The position numbers and the translations under genes are program-made. Source: Candidatus Ozemobacteraceae bacterium (lineage in GTDB: Bacteria; Muiribacteriota; Ozemobacteria; Ozemobacterales; Ozemobacteraceae). From it: a DNA stretch of 64,000 nucleotides. The DNA lies in assembly GCA_965140445.1 (NCBI GenBank), contig OZ223236.1, forward strand, positions 1,824,001 to 1,888,000, written 5' to 3'. Under the pieces are notes generated by a model. The model was not told where the DNA came from. It saw only the letters and a list, made by a program, of their open reading frames with translations, and did no database searches. This document shows positions 1-9,948 of the stretch, one piece after another (position 1 is the first letter of the stretch; each line of letters opens with the position of its first letter).

Positions 1-195
1 ATCCTCGTCTTCTTTTCTTATTTTACCTTCTTCAGTTTCAGAAGCCTTTTGAATGGTTTCCGTTTTTGCTTGTTCAGCATCTTTGTTTTGAGCAACGTTT
101 GCCGCTTGGCCAGATTCCTGAGCCTTCTGGGTTTCACGAATTCTACTTGCATCATTGTTAGCCATTAAATTGGTTTTGATGTCTATAGGTTTCAT
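1..195 (-). CDS. Hypothetical protein, 5' part only (runs off window start); MKPIDIKTNLMANNDASRIRETQKAQE..., resembles small charged proteins found next to flagellar genes
   Basis: ATG at 195-193 with a GGGGGTGA RBS upstream; frame open to position 1; absent from the ORF track because it is truncated. Confidence 0.7.
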   Translation of the reverse strand, partial: MKPIDIKTNLMANNDASRIRETQKAQESGQAANVAQNKDAEQAKTETIQKASETEEGKIRKEDED

Positions 196-221
196 AAAAA
201 ATCACCCCCTACCTAAAGTAT

Positions 222-249
222 ACATCGGCAAAATTTGGGTGAAAAGTGA
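222..249 (-). promoter_or_regulatory. Possible sigma-28 (FliA)-type promoter for the ORF starting at 195
   Basis: Minus strand TCACTTTT-N12-GCCGATGT, versus consensus TAAAGTTT-N11-GCCGATAA. Confidence 0.35.
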
Positions 250-382
250 GTTCTGAAGCACTAAAAAAATAAGAACACCGTTAGGCAAAACGGTCTTTTT
301 TAACTCATTAATTAAGCAACCTTCTAAAAATGACTTACAGTTGTTACAAAGCTAAACAAGGAGTGCAAGGGTAAATTTTTTA

Positions 383-1591
383 TCAGAAAATCAGCTCGAA
401 AGCCTTTGCAAAAGACGATAAAAGTTCTTCTGCCATATTCCCATCAATGGTCAAAGGTGGTGTCAGGCGAATGATTCTTTTACGTACGTTGCCAACTCCA
501 GTTACCAAACCATTTCTAAATGCGGTCTGGTGAAATTTAAGAGCAGAGATTTCATTAAAAAACTCAATTTCAATCATTAAGCCTAAGCCACGAATTCCCT
601 TTATCTCGTCAGAATCCTTAACAAGTTCTGCTATTTTATTTTTGATAAAGTTGCCTAATTGTTCAGCTTTTCTTGGAAGTCCATGTTGATGAATTATTCC
701 CAATGTGGCCACAGCAGCAGAACATGAAGCAAGAGAAACCTCTTCTCTTGATTTTTCAGTATCTGCAAAGTGCTCTGCCATCATCATTGCCCCTAGAGGA
801 TATCCATTGGCTGTGTTGGAACCAAGGCAGACTATATCTGGGTGAATATTAAGCAGCTGGAAACCAAAAATTCGACTTCCTGCCCTACCTAAGCCACATT
901 GAAGCTCATTCGAAATTAAATCTACACCCTGAGATCGGCAAAAATTATCTAATTTCCCAAAGAAGGAATTGCATGGCTCAATGCTTCCTCCCACGCCAAT
1001 TGACGGATCAATAATAATAGCGGCAGTTGTGCTGGCCGTTTCCATGAGAAAACTTTCAAGAGAACATAAGCAGGCTCCCTTGCAACTCTTTCCCAGAGTG
1101 CTGATTACCTTTTCATCCAAGCCTGGTATTTTATAAGACGGCCTGGGATTGATTAGGTTGTTGTTGGTACTAACTGAAAACATTGCTTCAAATCCATGAT
1201 TGCCAGAAGCAGAGCTTACGATAAAAGCCTGATTACACATATCTTCAGATATTGCCAAAATCCGATCTTTGTTTCGGAATTTCCTGGATAGCTTACAAGC
1301 CTTCTGGATGGCCTGAGTGCCTGATTTGGCATAGATTAGATAATCCAAATAGCCAGGTTTCAAGGCTTCTAAAGCTTCCTCAAGTTTCCACTTGATATCA
1401 TCTCTTGGGGAAGTGTGGGCTTTTCTAACTGATGGTTCGGCATGCCCAACCAAAACATTTCCGTTGGCAGCAAAAGCATCCAGAAATCTAGTCCCCTTAT
1501 CATCAAAAAGGTAACAGCCTTCTGCGTGCTTGATAGAAAAATCTTTTACCCCAGGAAGTATTGACATGGGGCGCATTAAAAAGTCTTTCAT
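383..1591 (-). CDS. Class III aminotransferase-fold protein (ArgD/GabT-like) with a degenerate PLP site
   Basis: AEGCYLFD..G..FLD, ELQCGLGRAG, PDIV, RGLGLM and IRLTPPL motifs; start moved to ATG 1591 (AGGAG RBS); catalytic Lys position is Ser. Confidence 0.8.
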   Translation of the reverse strand: MKDFLMRPMSILPGVKDFSIKHAEGCYLFDDKGTRFLDAFAANGNVLVGHAEPSVRKAHTSPRDDIKWKLEEALEALKPGYLDYLIYAKSGTQAIQKACKLSRKFRNKDRILAISEDMCNQAFIVSSASGNHGFEAMFSVSTNNNLINPRPSYKIPGLDEKVISTLGKSCKGACLCSLESFLMETASTTAAIIIDPSIGVGGSIEPCNSFFGKLDNFCRSQGVDLISNELQCGLGRAGSRIFGFQLLNIHPDIVCLGSNTANGYPLGAMMMAEHFADTEKSREEVSLASCSAAVATLGIIHQHGLPRKAEQLGNFIKNKIAELVKDSDEIKGIRGLGLMIEIEFFNEISALKFHQTAFRNGLVTGVGNVRKRIIRLTPPLTIDGNMAEELLSSFAKAFELIF

Positions 1592-1855
1592 TTTGCTCCT
1601 ACTTTTACGTAACTCTACCTTAAAAATATTCCCAATTGGGAAGCAAAGCAACTAATATGTGTTTCATGTGAAACTTGATATTATGTAAACCTCGACCTTT
1701 TTTGATAATTGTCAGATGTGGAATGGTTGCTATAAAGCCTATAAATGGGACCCATATGAGCGTTAATAGATTCTTTGAAAATGAAACGGTGAAAATGGGG
1801 TACAAATTGTTTCCAAATTGGTTATAATTTAATAAACAAGATTGCGGGGACAAAC

Positions 1856-2383
1856 ATGAGAGGAAAAACTGTCCTATTTTTGATTGGTTTGTTATTTTTT
1901 TCTGTGTTTTATTTTCCAGAAGTCTTTTCCAATAGCTTTAATCGAGTTAAGGTGAAATATTGTGAACTTGATATTTCATGCCTCGAAAAGGATTCTCGGC
2001 TAATGATTCTTGAGGAGAGTATTAAAAGAAGCCTTACCGATTTTTATATTTTTTTTAGCGCAGATGGGAATGTGATTTTTGAAGAAAAAGCGGTTATCCC
2101 TTCCGGAAAAAATCATTTATATGGCCCATGGCAATTCGTTTCTGGAAAAAACAAGTCTCTTAGTAAAAAGCCATTACGTGGAAAGCTTGTGGTTTCATTA
2201 AATGGTTTTTCAGAAAAGGATGAACTTTTAGCAACATGGCAATTTTTCTCAAGAAGTGCCTCAGGAACCTTTAGACCTGAAACTATTCAGTTAAAAGATA
2301 AATTTGTTCCCAAATCCCCCAATACTAACTTGGGAAAGTTTGTAGCGCAGAATCTAGCGTTCGTTGCTATGTCATTTGATTAA
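1856..2383 (+). CDS. Hypothetical exported protein
   Basis: 175 aa ORF, GGGGA RBS, N-terminal hydrophobic signal-like segment. Confidence 0.7.
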   Translation: MRGKTVLFLIGLLFFSVFYFPEVFSNSFNRVKVKYCELDISCLEKDSRLMILEESIKRSLTDFYIFFSADGNVIFEEKAVIPSGKNHLYGPWQFVSGKNKSLSKKPLRGKLVVSLNGFSEKDELLATWQFFSRSASGTFRPETIQLKDKFVPKSPNTNLGKFVAQNLAFVAMSFD

Positions 2384-2476
2384 ATTTGTAGTTTTGTTTT
2401 AAGGAAAAGATACGGCTTCATTTTTTGAGAACCTTGTCGTAGAATCAGGTTAAGTCAATTTCTTAAGGCACAGCAA

Positions 2477-3505
2477 GTGAAGAATATTTTAATTACCGGT
2501 GGGGCGGGGTTTATTGGGAGCAATTTTATTCATTTTTTATTGAACAAAAATGAATCCATCAAGGTAATCAATCTAGATAAGCTAACTTACGCTAGCAATC
2601 CTGATAATCTTGGTGATTTGCCAGATGATAGGTATTCATTTGTTGAGGGAGATATCGCCGATTCTGATTTGGTTTACAAGCTGATGAAGGACTTTTCAAT
2701 AAAGTATCTGATAAATTTTGCAGCAGAATCACATGTTGATAATTCAATTGAAAATCCTGAGATTTTTTTTAACACTAATGTGTATGGTGTGTTTAATTTG
2801 TTAAATTCGGCATACAGAAGCTGGATGGATGCTCCTGGAAAATTTAAAGAAGGATATGAGGATTGCAGATTTTACCAGATTTCAACGGATGAAGTTTTTG
2901 GTTCATTGCCCTTTGGGAAAAGTGCAGATGAAAAATTTCCATACAATCCATGCAACCCCTACAGTGCAAGTAAGGCTTCAGCCGATATGTTGGTAAATAG
3001 TTATTTTAATACATATGGCTTGCCAACGTTGATTTCAAGAAGCTCCAATAACTACGGAAAATATCAGCATTCAGAGAAATTTATTCCAAAAGTAATAAAG
3101 TCATTGCTTTCAGGCCAGAAAATACCCATTTATGGTGATGGAAATTATTACAGGGAATGGCTTTTTGTTGATGACCATTGCGAAGCAATCTATGAAATTC
3201 TATTTTGTGGGCGTGTTGGTGAATCTTATAATATTGGATCGAGTGTGGAGATTTCAAATGTTGCTTTGGTTGAAGCCGCGATTAATTTAATTAATAAGAT
3301 GTTTCCCACATTAAATGTTCAAAAAATAAAAAGCATAGAGTTTGTTGAGGATCGTCCAGGTCATGATTGGAGATATTCTTTAAATTCCAGTAAGATTTTT
3401 GAGGAGCTTGGCTGGAAACCAGAAACACAATTTCTTGATGGATTAAAGAAAACAATTGAGTGGTTTTATGAAAAACAGAACAGGATCAACGCAAATGGAA
3501 AATAG
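2477..3505 (+). CDS. rfbB: dTDP-glucose 4,6-dehydratase
   Basis: [38 protein letters not shown] motifs. Confidence 0.95.
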   Translation: MKNILITGGAGFIGSNFIHFLLNKNESIKVINLDKLTYASNPDNLGDLPDDRYSFVEGDIADSDLVYKLMKDFSIKYLINFAAESHVDNSIENPEIFFNTNVYGVFNLLNSAYRSWMDAPGKFKEGYEDCRFYQISTDEVFGSLPFGKSADEKFPYNPCNPYSASKASADMLVNSYFNTYGLPTLISRSSNNYGKYQHSEKFIPKVIKSLLSGQKIPIYGDGNYYREWLFVDDHCEAIYEILFCGRVGESYNIGSSVEISNVALVEAAINLINKMFPTLNVQKIKSIEFVEDRPGHDWRYSLNSSKIFEELGWKPETQFLDGLKKTIEWFYEKQNRINANGK

Positions 3506-4850
3506 TGAAAATTTAAAATGTTTTAAAGCATACGACGTAAGAGGCAGGCTTCCAGACGAATTGAACGAAAAGATCGCTTATAAAATAGGTAGAGCTTTTG
3601 CTACGGTAATGAAGCCTGCTCATGTTGTTGTAGGGTTTGATGTTAGAGACAGTAGTAAATCCTTAACAGATGCTTTGTCTAAAGGGCTTCTTGAATCTGG
3701 TGTCGATGTCTTTAACATCGGGCTTTGCGGAACTGAAGAAATTTATTTTGCAACTTTTTTTGGCAAGTATGATGGCGGAATCATGGTAACTGCAAGCCAC
3801 AATCCTATTGATTATAATGGAATGAAGTTTGTTAAATCTGGCTCCAGGCCAATTAGTAGCGATGATGGATTAAATGAAATTAAAGAAGTTGCAGAAAGCG
3901 GAAAATTTGCAGCTTCAGAGAATACTGGAATTCTAAAAAACATTGATTTGAAGGATGATTATATTAAGCACCTTTTAGGATATGTAGAAGTTGACAGGTT
4001 AAAACCACTAAAAATAGTTGTTAACGCTGGCAATGGCTGTGCTGGACCAATCGTTGATCTCCTGGAAAAAAATCTTCCATTTGAATTTATTAGAGTTAAT
4101 CACATTCCCGATGGGAGTTTCCCAAATGGAATTCCAAATCCATTGCTTCCTGAAAACCGTTCTTCAACTTCTGAAGCCGTTATTTCCAGCAAGGCAGATT
4201 TTGGGATTGCATGGGACGGAGATTTTGATCGATGCTTTCTTTTCGATGAAAATGGAGAGTTTATTGAAGGCTATTACATCGTTGGTTTGCTTGGAGTTGC
4301 CTTTTTGAAGAGATTTGCAGGCGCAAAAATTATTCACGACCCAAGGTTAACCTGGAACACCATTGAGCTTGTAGCTGAAAATGGCGGTCAGGCAGTTATG
4401 AGTAAAACTGGACACGCATTTATAAAAGACCGTATGCGCAAAGAAGATGCGGTTTACGGCGGGGAAATGAGTGCCCACCACTACTTTAAAGATTTTGCCT
4501 ATTGTGATAGCGGAATGATTCCATGGTTATTGGTGTCAGCGCTGATATCCGAGGCTGGACAAAGTCTTGGTGAACTCGTAAAAGCACGCATGGAAGCCTT
4601 CCCAGCATCAGGAGAAATCAACAGAAAAGTTGAAAATCCCGGTGAACTAATAAGCAAAGTTAAGAAACTTTATTCTGAAAAAGCTATAAAGTTGGATGAG
4701 ACAGATGGGTTAAGTCTTGAATTCGAGGATTGGCGGCTTAATTTGAGGATGTCCAATACCGAGCCTTTGCTGCGCTTAAACGTTGAAAGCAGAGGTAATC
4801 AAGAATTAATGAAAAGTAAAACCTCAGAAATATTGAAGCTTTTAGACTGA
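3495..4850 (+). CDS. manB: Phosphomannomutase (CpsG/ManB)
   Basis: [14 protein letters not shown] phosphoserine loop, DGDFDR, GEMSAH, RMSNTEP; likely start ATG 3495 overlapping the rfbB end. Confidence 0.95.
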   Translation: MENSENLKCFKAYDVRGRLPDELNEKIAYKIGRAFATVMKPAHVVVGFDVRDSSKSLTDALSKGLLESGVDVFNIGLCGTEEIYFATFFGKYDGGIMVTASHNPIDYNGMKFVKSGSRPISSDDGLNEIKEVAESGKFAASENTGILKNIDLKDDYIKHLLGYVEVDRLKPLKIVVNAGNGCAGPIVDLLEKNLPFEFIRVNHIPDGSFPNGIPNPLLPENRSSTSEAVISSKADFGIAWDGDFDRCFLFDENGEFIEGYYIVGLLGVAFLKRFAGAKIIHDPRLTWNTIELVAENGGQAVMSKTGHAFIKDRMRKEDAVYGGEMSAHHYFKDFAYCDSGMIPWLLVSALISEAGQSLGELVKARMEAFPASGEINRKVENPGELISKVKKLYSEKAIKLDETDGLSLEFEDWRLNLRMSNTEPLLRLNVESRGNQELMKSKTSEILKLLD

Positions 4851-4917
4851 AAGTGATATTCTTTGATCGTAAATAATAATTGAGTTTGTTTTTTTTAGCT
4901 CTGAATCGGAGGAAAAA

Positions 4918-6033
4918 ATGGCGAAAGTCGCTTTAATTACAGGAGTTACTGGTCAGGATGGGGCATATCTGGCTGAATTGCTTTTAAATAAAGGTTATGA
5001 GGTGCACGGAATAAAAAGAAGAGCATCCTCATTCAATACAGATAGAATTGATCATTTGTATCAAGACCCCCATGTAAAGGACCGTCGATTTTTTCTTCAT
5101 TACGGCGATATGACGGATTCTACCAACCTGATTAGAATCATTCAGCAGGTTCAGCCTGATGAAATTTATAATCTTGCCGCACAAAGCCATGTTGCTGTCT
5201 CGTTTGAAACTCCTGAATATACAGCTAATTCTGATGCTCTTGGAACTTTAAGAATTCTGGAAGCTATAAGAATTTTAAAGCTCGAAAAGAAAACCAAATT
5301 CTATCAGGCTTCTACTTCTGAGCTTTATGGTCTGGTTCAGGAAACGCCACAGAAGGAATCAACTCCATTTTATCCCCGCTCACCCTATGCGTGCGCTAAA
5401 CTTTACGCCTATTGGATAACAGTAAACTATCGTGAAGCATATGGAATTTACGGTTGCAATGGAATTTTATTTAATCATGAGTCACCGTTACGTGGTGAAA
5501 CGTTTGTAACACGCAAGATAACCAGGGCTATGGCCCGCATCGCTCTTGGACTACAGAAATGCTTGTATCTTGGGAACATGAATTCTCTTAGAGACTGGGG
5601 CCATGCCAGAGACTACGTTGAAATGCAATGGATGATGCTTCAACAGGATCAGCCTGATGATTATGTTATCGCAACCGGGAGACAGCAGTCGGTCAGAGAT
5701 TTTGTCAATGCTGCTGCAAAAGAGTTGGATATAGTAATTAAATGGACTGGCGAAGGCGTAGAGGAAAAGGGAATCGTGGATGTTGCTTCAGAGAAATTCC
5801 CAGCTCTTAAAGCAGGAGCTGTAATTGTTCAAGTTGATCCAAGATATTTCAGACCAACAGAAGTGGAAACTTTGTTGGGAGATCCAACCAAAGCTTATGA
5901 AAAGCTGGGTTGGAAACCAAAGATATCTTTGGAAGAGCTGGTTGCAGAAATGGTTAGATGTGATCTGGAGATTGCAAAAAAAGACGAGCTTTGTAGTGAG
6001 CACGGATTTTCAACTTATTCATATAACGAGTAA
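4918..6033 (+). CDS. gmd: GDP-mannose 4,6-dehydratase
   Basis: [45 protein letters not shown]. Confidence 0.97.
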   Translation: MAKVALITGVTGQDGAYLAELLLNKGYEVHGIKRRASSFNTDRIDHLYQDPHVKDRRFFLHYGDMTDSTNLIRIIQQVQPDEIYNLAAQSHVAVSFETPEYTANSDALGTLRILEAIRILKLEKKTKFYQASTSELYGLVQETPQKESTPFYPRSPYACAKLYAYWITVNYREAYGIYGCNGILFNHESPLRGETFVTRKITRAMARIALGLQKCLYLGNMNSLRDWGHARDYVEMQWMMLQQDQPDDYVIATGRQQSVRDFVNAAAKELDIVIKWTGEGVEEKGIVDVASEKFPALKAGAVIVQVDPRYFRPTEVETLLGDPTKAYEKLGWKPKISLEELVAEMVRCDLEIAKKDELCSEHGFSTYSYNE

Positions 6034-6054
6034 ATTGGTTTTGGAGAGATAAAA

Positions 6055-7473
6055 ATGATTATTCCAGTTATTTTATCGGGTGGTTCAGGGACAAGGTTGT
6101 GGCCTCTTTCAAGAGAGCTTCATCCTAAGCAATTTTTGCCGCTCTGTTCGGACAACACAATGATTCAGGATACGGTTGTTCGTTTGTCTGGAATCAAAGA
6201 AATGGCCAAGCCAATCGTTGTTTGCAATGAGAGTCATCGTTTTCTGGTGGCAGAACAGATGAGGCAGATAGAGGTTGATCTTTGCACCATCGTACTTGAA
6301 CCTTTTGGGAGAAACACCGCTCCAGCAATTGCGGCGGCTGCATTTAGAGCCTTAGAAATTTCAAAGAATGCTATTTTGCTCGTTCTTCCTGCTGATCACG
6401 TAATTAAAGACGTGGCAACTTTTCAGGCATCTATTGAGGCTGGAAAGGCTAGTGCTGCAAAAGGAAAGCTGGTAACTTTTGGTATCATTCCAAATAATCC
6501 TGAAACAGGCTACGGTTACATTAAATCTTCAGGCAGGGCTAAAGCTGGCGAAATGAAGGAGCTCAAAGTTGAGGCTTTCGTTGAAAAACCAGACTTTGCG
6601 ACTGCCGAAAAATACGTTAAAGATGGCAAATACTATTGGAACAGCGGAATGTTTATGTTCTCTGCTGCAAAGTATCTAAAGGAACTTAAAAAGTATCAGC
6701 CCGAAGTTTTGAAGTGTAGTGAGCAATCCTACAAGTCCAGCTCTGCTGATGAGGACTTTTTGAGACTTGGGAAAGAGGCTTTTGAAAAGTGTCCGTCTAT
6801 TTCTATTGATTACGCAGTAATGGAGAAAACCTCCTCAGCGGTTGTTTTTCCTGTTGATATTGGTTGGAATGACGTTGGTTCCTGGTCAGCTTTGTCAGAT
6901 GTAAATGCCCATGACGATCATGGTAATGTGGTAACAGGAGACGTTCTTTTAAAGGATGTTGAAAACTGTCTTGTTAGGGCTAACTCTCGCCTTGTAACGG
7001 CAGTTGGCGTTTCTGATCATGTTATTGTTGAAACTGCAGATTCGGTTCTTGTGGTCTCAAAAGATAGAGTTCAAGACGTTAAGAGCATTGTTGATAAACT
7101 GAAAAAAAGCGATCGATACGAAGCAATTCATCATCGGAGAGTCAGTCGCCCATGGGGTTTTTTCCAGACTATTGATATCTCCGAAAGGTTCCACGCCAAA
7201 AGGATTACCGTAAAGCCTGGTGCGAGGTTATCTTTGCAAATGCATTTTCATCGCGCAGAGCATTGGATTGTAGTTAGCGGTACAGCAAAAATAACAAAGG
7301 GTGAAGAAACATTTGTGATGACTGAAAATCAGTCTACTTATATTCCATTAGGTACAAAGCACCGGCTTGAAAATCCTGGAAAAATCCCTCTGGAAATTAT
7401 TGAGGTTCAGTCTGGCAGCTATTTGCGGGAAGATGATATTGTCCGATTTGATGATCAGTACGGAAGAGAATAA
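6055..7473 (+). CDS. manC: Mannose-1-phosphate guanylyltransferase / mannose-6-phosphate isomerase
   Basis: GGSGTRLWPLSR..PKQF, RNTAPA, PETGYGYI, WNSGMF, WNDVGSW, C-terminal cupin (RPWG, RAEHW). Confidence 0.97.
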   Translation: MIIPVILSGGSGTRLWPLSRELHPKQFLPLCSDNTMIQDTVVRLSGIKEMAKPIVVCNESHRFLVAEQMRQIEVDLCTIVLEPFGRNTAPAIAAAAFRALEISKNAILLVLPADHVIKDVATFQASIEAGKASAAKGKLVTFGIIPNNPETGYGYIKSSGRAKAGEMKELKVEAFVEKPDFATAEKYVKDGKYYWNSGMFMFSAAKYLKELKKYQPEVLKCSEQSYKSSSADEDFLRLGKEAFEKCPSISIDYAVMEKTSSAVVFPVDIGWNDVGSWSALSDVNAHDDHGNVVTGDVLLKDVENCLVRANSRLVTAVGVSDHVIVETADSVLVVSKDRVQDVKSIVDKLKKSDRYEAIHHRRVSRPWGFFQTIDISERFHAKRITVKPGARLSLQMHFHRAEHWIVVSGTAKITKGEETFVMTENQSTYIPLGTKHRLENPGKIPLEIIEVQSGSYLREDDIVRFDDQYGRE

Positions 7474-7483
7474 AAGAGCGTTT

Positions 7484-7532
7484 AAAAAAAAGTCTCCTCA
7501 TCAAGTGTTAGTTGAATGAGGAGATTTTTTTT
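7484..7532. terminator. Bidirectional intrinsic terminator between convergent manC and the WbpO-like gene
   Basis: A8 tract, TCTCCTCAT...ATGAGGAGA stem, T8 tract. Confidence 0.8.
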
Positions 7533-7552
7533 GTTTGCTAGTTTTTGGGTTG

Positions 7553-8871
7553 TTAAAGGCGCCAATAGCTGATTTCATTTTTTTTCGCCTCTTCTATACT
7601 GAATATTCCTTTTAAATCTATGAGTAAGGGTCTTTGTTCTGGTTTACAAAGTTCTGCAATCTTTAATAAGGAAATTTCTTTGAATTCATCATGAGGAACA
7701 GCTACTACTACTCCATCAACTTTTGGAGCTTTATCAAGAGAGGGTAGAATTTCAAGCTGATACTCTTCTTTTACTTCTTTTGCATCAGTATATGGATCAA
7801 AAAAAAACGTTTCAACCTGGTAGTCAGTTAGCTCATGTATGATATCTACAACTTTTGTATTTCTTATGTCTGCAACATTTTCTTTAAAGGTCAAACCAAG
7901 AATTAAAATTTTTGCTCCTTTTACTGCTTTTCCTGCTTTGATAAGCTTTTTGACAGTATTTTCGGCGACAAATTTTCCCATGCTGTCGTTAATTCTTCTC
8001 CCTGAAAGTATTACTTCCGGGTGATATCCGACTTCTTCTGCTTTATATGTTAAGTAATAAGGGGCAACTCCAATGCAGTGGCCACCAACCAGGCCTGGAT
8101 AGAATTTGAGAAAATTCCATTTTGTTCCTGCTGCTTTTAAAACTTCTAAAGTATCAATGTTAAGTTTATGAAAAATGATAGATAACTCATTCATTAAGGC
8201 AATGTTTACGTCTCTTTGAGTGTTTTCAATTACTTTGGCAGCTTCTGCTACTTTTATGCTTGGAGCTCTATAAACGCCTGCTTCAATTATTGATTCATAA
8301 ATTTTTGCAATTATATCGAGTGACTCTGAGTCACAGCCTGAAACTACTTTTACTATGTTTTGTAATCTATGGGTTGTGTCTCCAGGATTAATTCTTTCTG
8401 GACTATAGCCAACGCGGAAGTCTTTTAAAAAGGTTAGATTAGAATTTTTTTCTAGAATTGGGACACACTTTTCTTCTGTTATTCCTGGGTAAACTGTGGA
8501 CTCAAAAACTACAATTGAATTTTTTGATAAATTTTTACCAACCATCGCAGAGGAAAGCTCTAATGGAGCTAGATCAGGGCGCTTATTTCTATCTACTGGG
8601 GTTGGTACAGCGACAATTATAAACTTGCATTCCTTTAGTCGGGATGGTTCGTTGGTAAAATCAATTACTACGTCATTTAATCCATTTTTAGGTATTTCAC
8701 CTGTCGGATCGATACCTTTTTTCGAGTCTCTACTTTTAAAGGGCAAATGTCGAAACCTAGAACGTTGAAATATTTTGCAAAAGCGTGTGCTAGAGGGAGC
8801 CCAACATAGCCAAGTCCAACCACAGCGATTTTCTCTTTTTTAATTAGTAAATCTTTAAGAAGTCTGTTCAT
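7553..8871 (-). pseudogene. UDP-HexNAc 6-dehydrogenase (WbpO/TviB family) split by a -1 frameshift at about 8716-8722; pseudogene, recoded gene or assembly error
   Basis: ORF 8677-8871 carries GLGYVGLP; ORF 7553-8746 carries the remainder; joined, they align colinearly with the paralogue at 35009; also GGHCIGVAP instead of GGHCIGVDP. Confidence 0.85.
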
Positions 8872-8945
8872 GGATGGCTCCTGAAATTAATGTTTGAGTC
8901 TAGTTATATATTAAGATCGGTTTTTTAAGCAAATTACAGATTCTA

Positions 8946-9731
8946 TCAGTTTTTTTCTCTAAAGTGTTTTTTTAGTTTTTCGCTGAAGCAATCATAAGAT
9001 ATTATCCACTCTGTTGATGTATTTCTTATTAAATCAGATGAAGGAAGTGGCAGCCGTTTTCCTGAATCGAAAATATTCTCCAGAATTTCTTGTTTGCTGC
9101 TGCCGTTGATTAAAAAAATCCTCTTCTGAGCCTGAAGAATTTTTTCAAAGCTTATAGTAAAACGTTGTTCTGGTTGGGTTTTAGGCTGGCAGAATCCGAA
9201 TCCTGTTTTTTTACCAATTGTTTTCCACTCGGTTTCTGGAAACAGGGAAGCTATGTGCCCATCATTACCCAGGCCAAGAATCAAAGTCGAAAAAGGATTT
9301 GGTGGAGAAATATTTCCGGGAAGAGTTGCCAAAAGTTCGACCATTTTACTTTCTAATTCTGTAAGGCTATCTTTTAAATCAACAGGTACGGGCAAAAAGT
9401 TCTTAGGAGTTGATTTAAATTCCTTAAAAAGTGTTTCAAAAATATTTTTCTGGTTACTTCTGTGATCCCTTTTTTCAACAAGTCTCTCGTCAACTTGAGT
9501 CCAAAATATTCTATCTTCTATTTTCTCTTTAGCAATAAGAGCTGATAAACTTTCGTATACTGGAAATGGGGTGCTTCCCCCAGATAAGCCAACTAATATT
9601 TGACTATTTTTTGATAATTGCTTTTTAAAGATCTCTAATATTTGTTTGGCAGCGACAATCGAATAGCTCTCATCTTTAGCCACCACAGTCAACTCTGAGT
9701 CAAATTTGTTATGTACAAAGGTTTTAAACAT
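8946..9731 (-). CDS. pgl: 6-phosphogluconolactonase family protein
   Basis: LSGGSTP, VDERLV..SN, LGLGNDGHIASLFP motifs. Confidence 0.85.
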   Translation of the reverse strand: MFKTFVHNKFDSELTVVAKDESYSIVAAKQILEIFKKQLSKNSQILVGLSGGSTPFPVYESLSALIAKEKIEDRIFWTQVDERLVEKRDHRSNQKNIFETLFKEFKSTPKNFLPVPVDLKDSLTELESKMVELLATLPGNISPPNPFSTLILGLGNDGHIASLFPETEWKTIGKKTGFGFCQPKTQPEQRFTISFEKILQAQKRIFLINGSSKQEILENIFDSGKRLPLPSSDLIRNTSTEWIISYDCFSEKLKKHFREKN

Positions 9732-9948
9732 TTTTAATCCTTTTGTGTATTAAATGGAATTAGAAACTCTTAATTTTGCTTTGCTATTATGCCTTTTTAC
9801 TAGATAAGGAAAAATATAATAAGTGAATAATAAAGAAAATTTTGCAGAAATGCCAACTATGTGAGAATATATTACCTAAAACTTTTACAATTAAGGTTTG
9901 GTGTGATTCTAGCTGAAATCCTTTTTTCTAGGGCAAATGGAGGAACTG

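Noticed and set aside
1620..1853. 77 aa ORF and the many other short overlapping or antisense ORFs in the track (e.g. 41622-42059, 42802-43275, 63034-63375)
   Set aside because: Shadow frames of well-supported genes or promoter DNA; no motifs or convincing RBS
7799..7807. A9 tract in the frameshifted dehydrogenase as a second switch
   Set aside because: In frame and colinear with the paralogue; A/T runs of this length are common in the window
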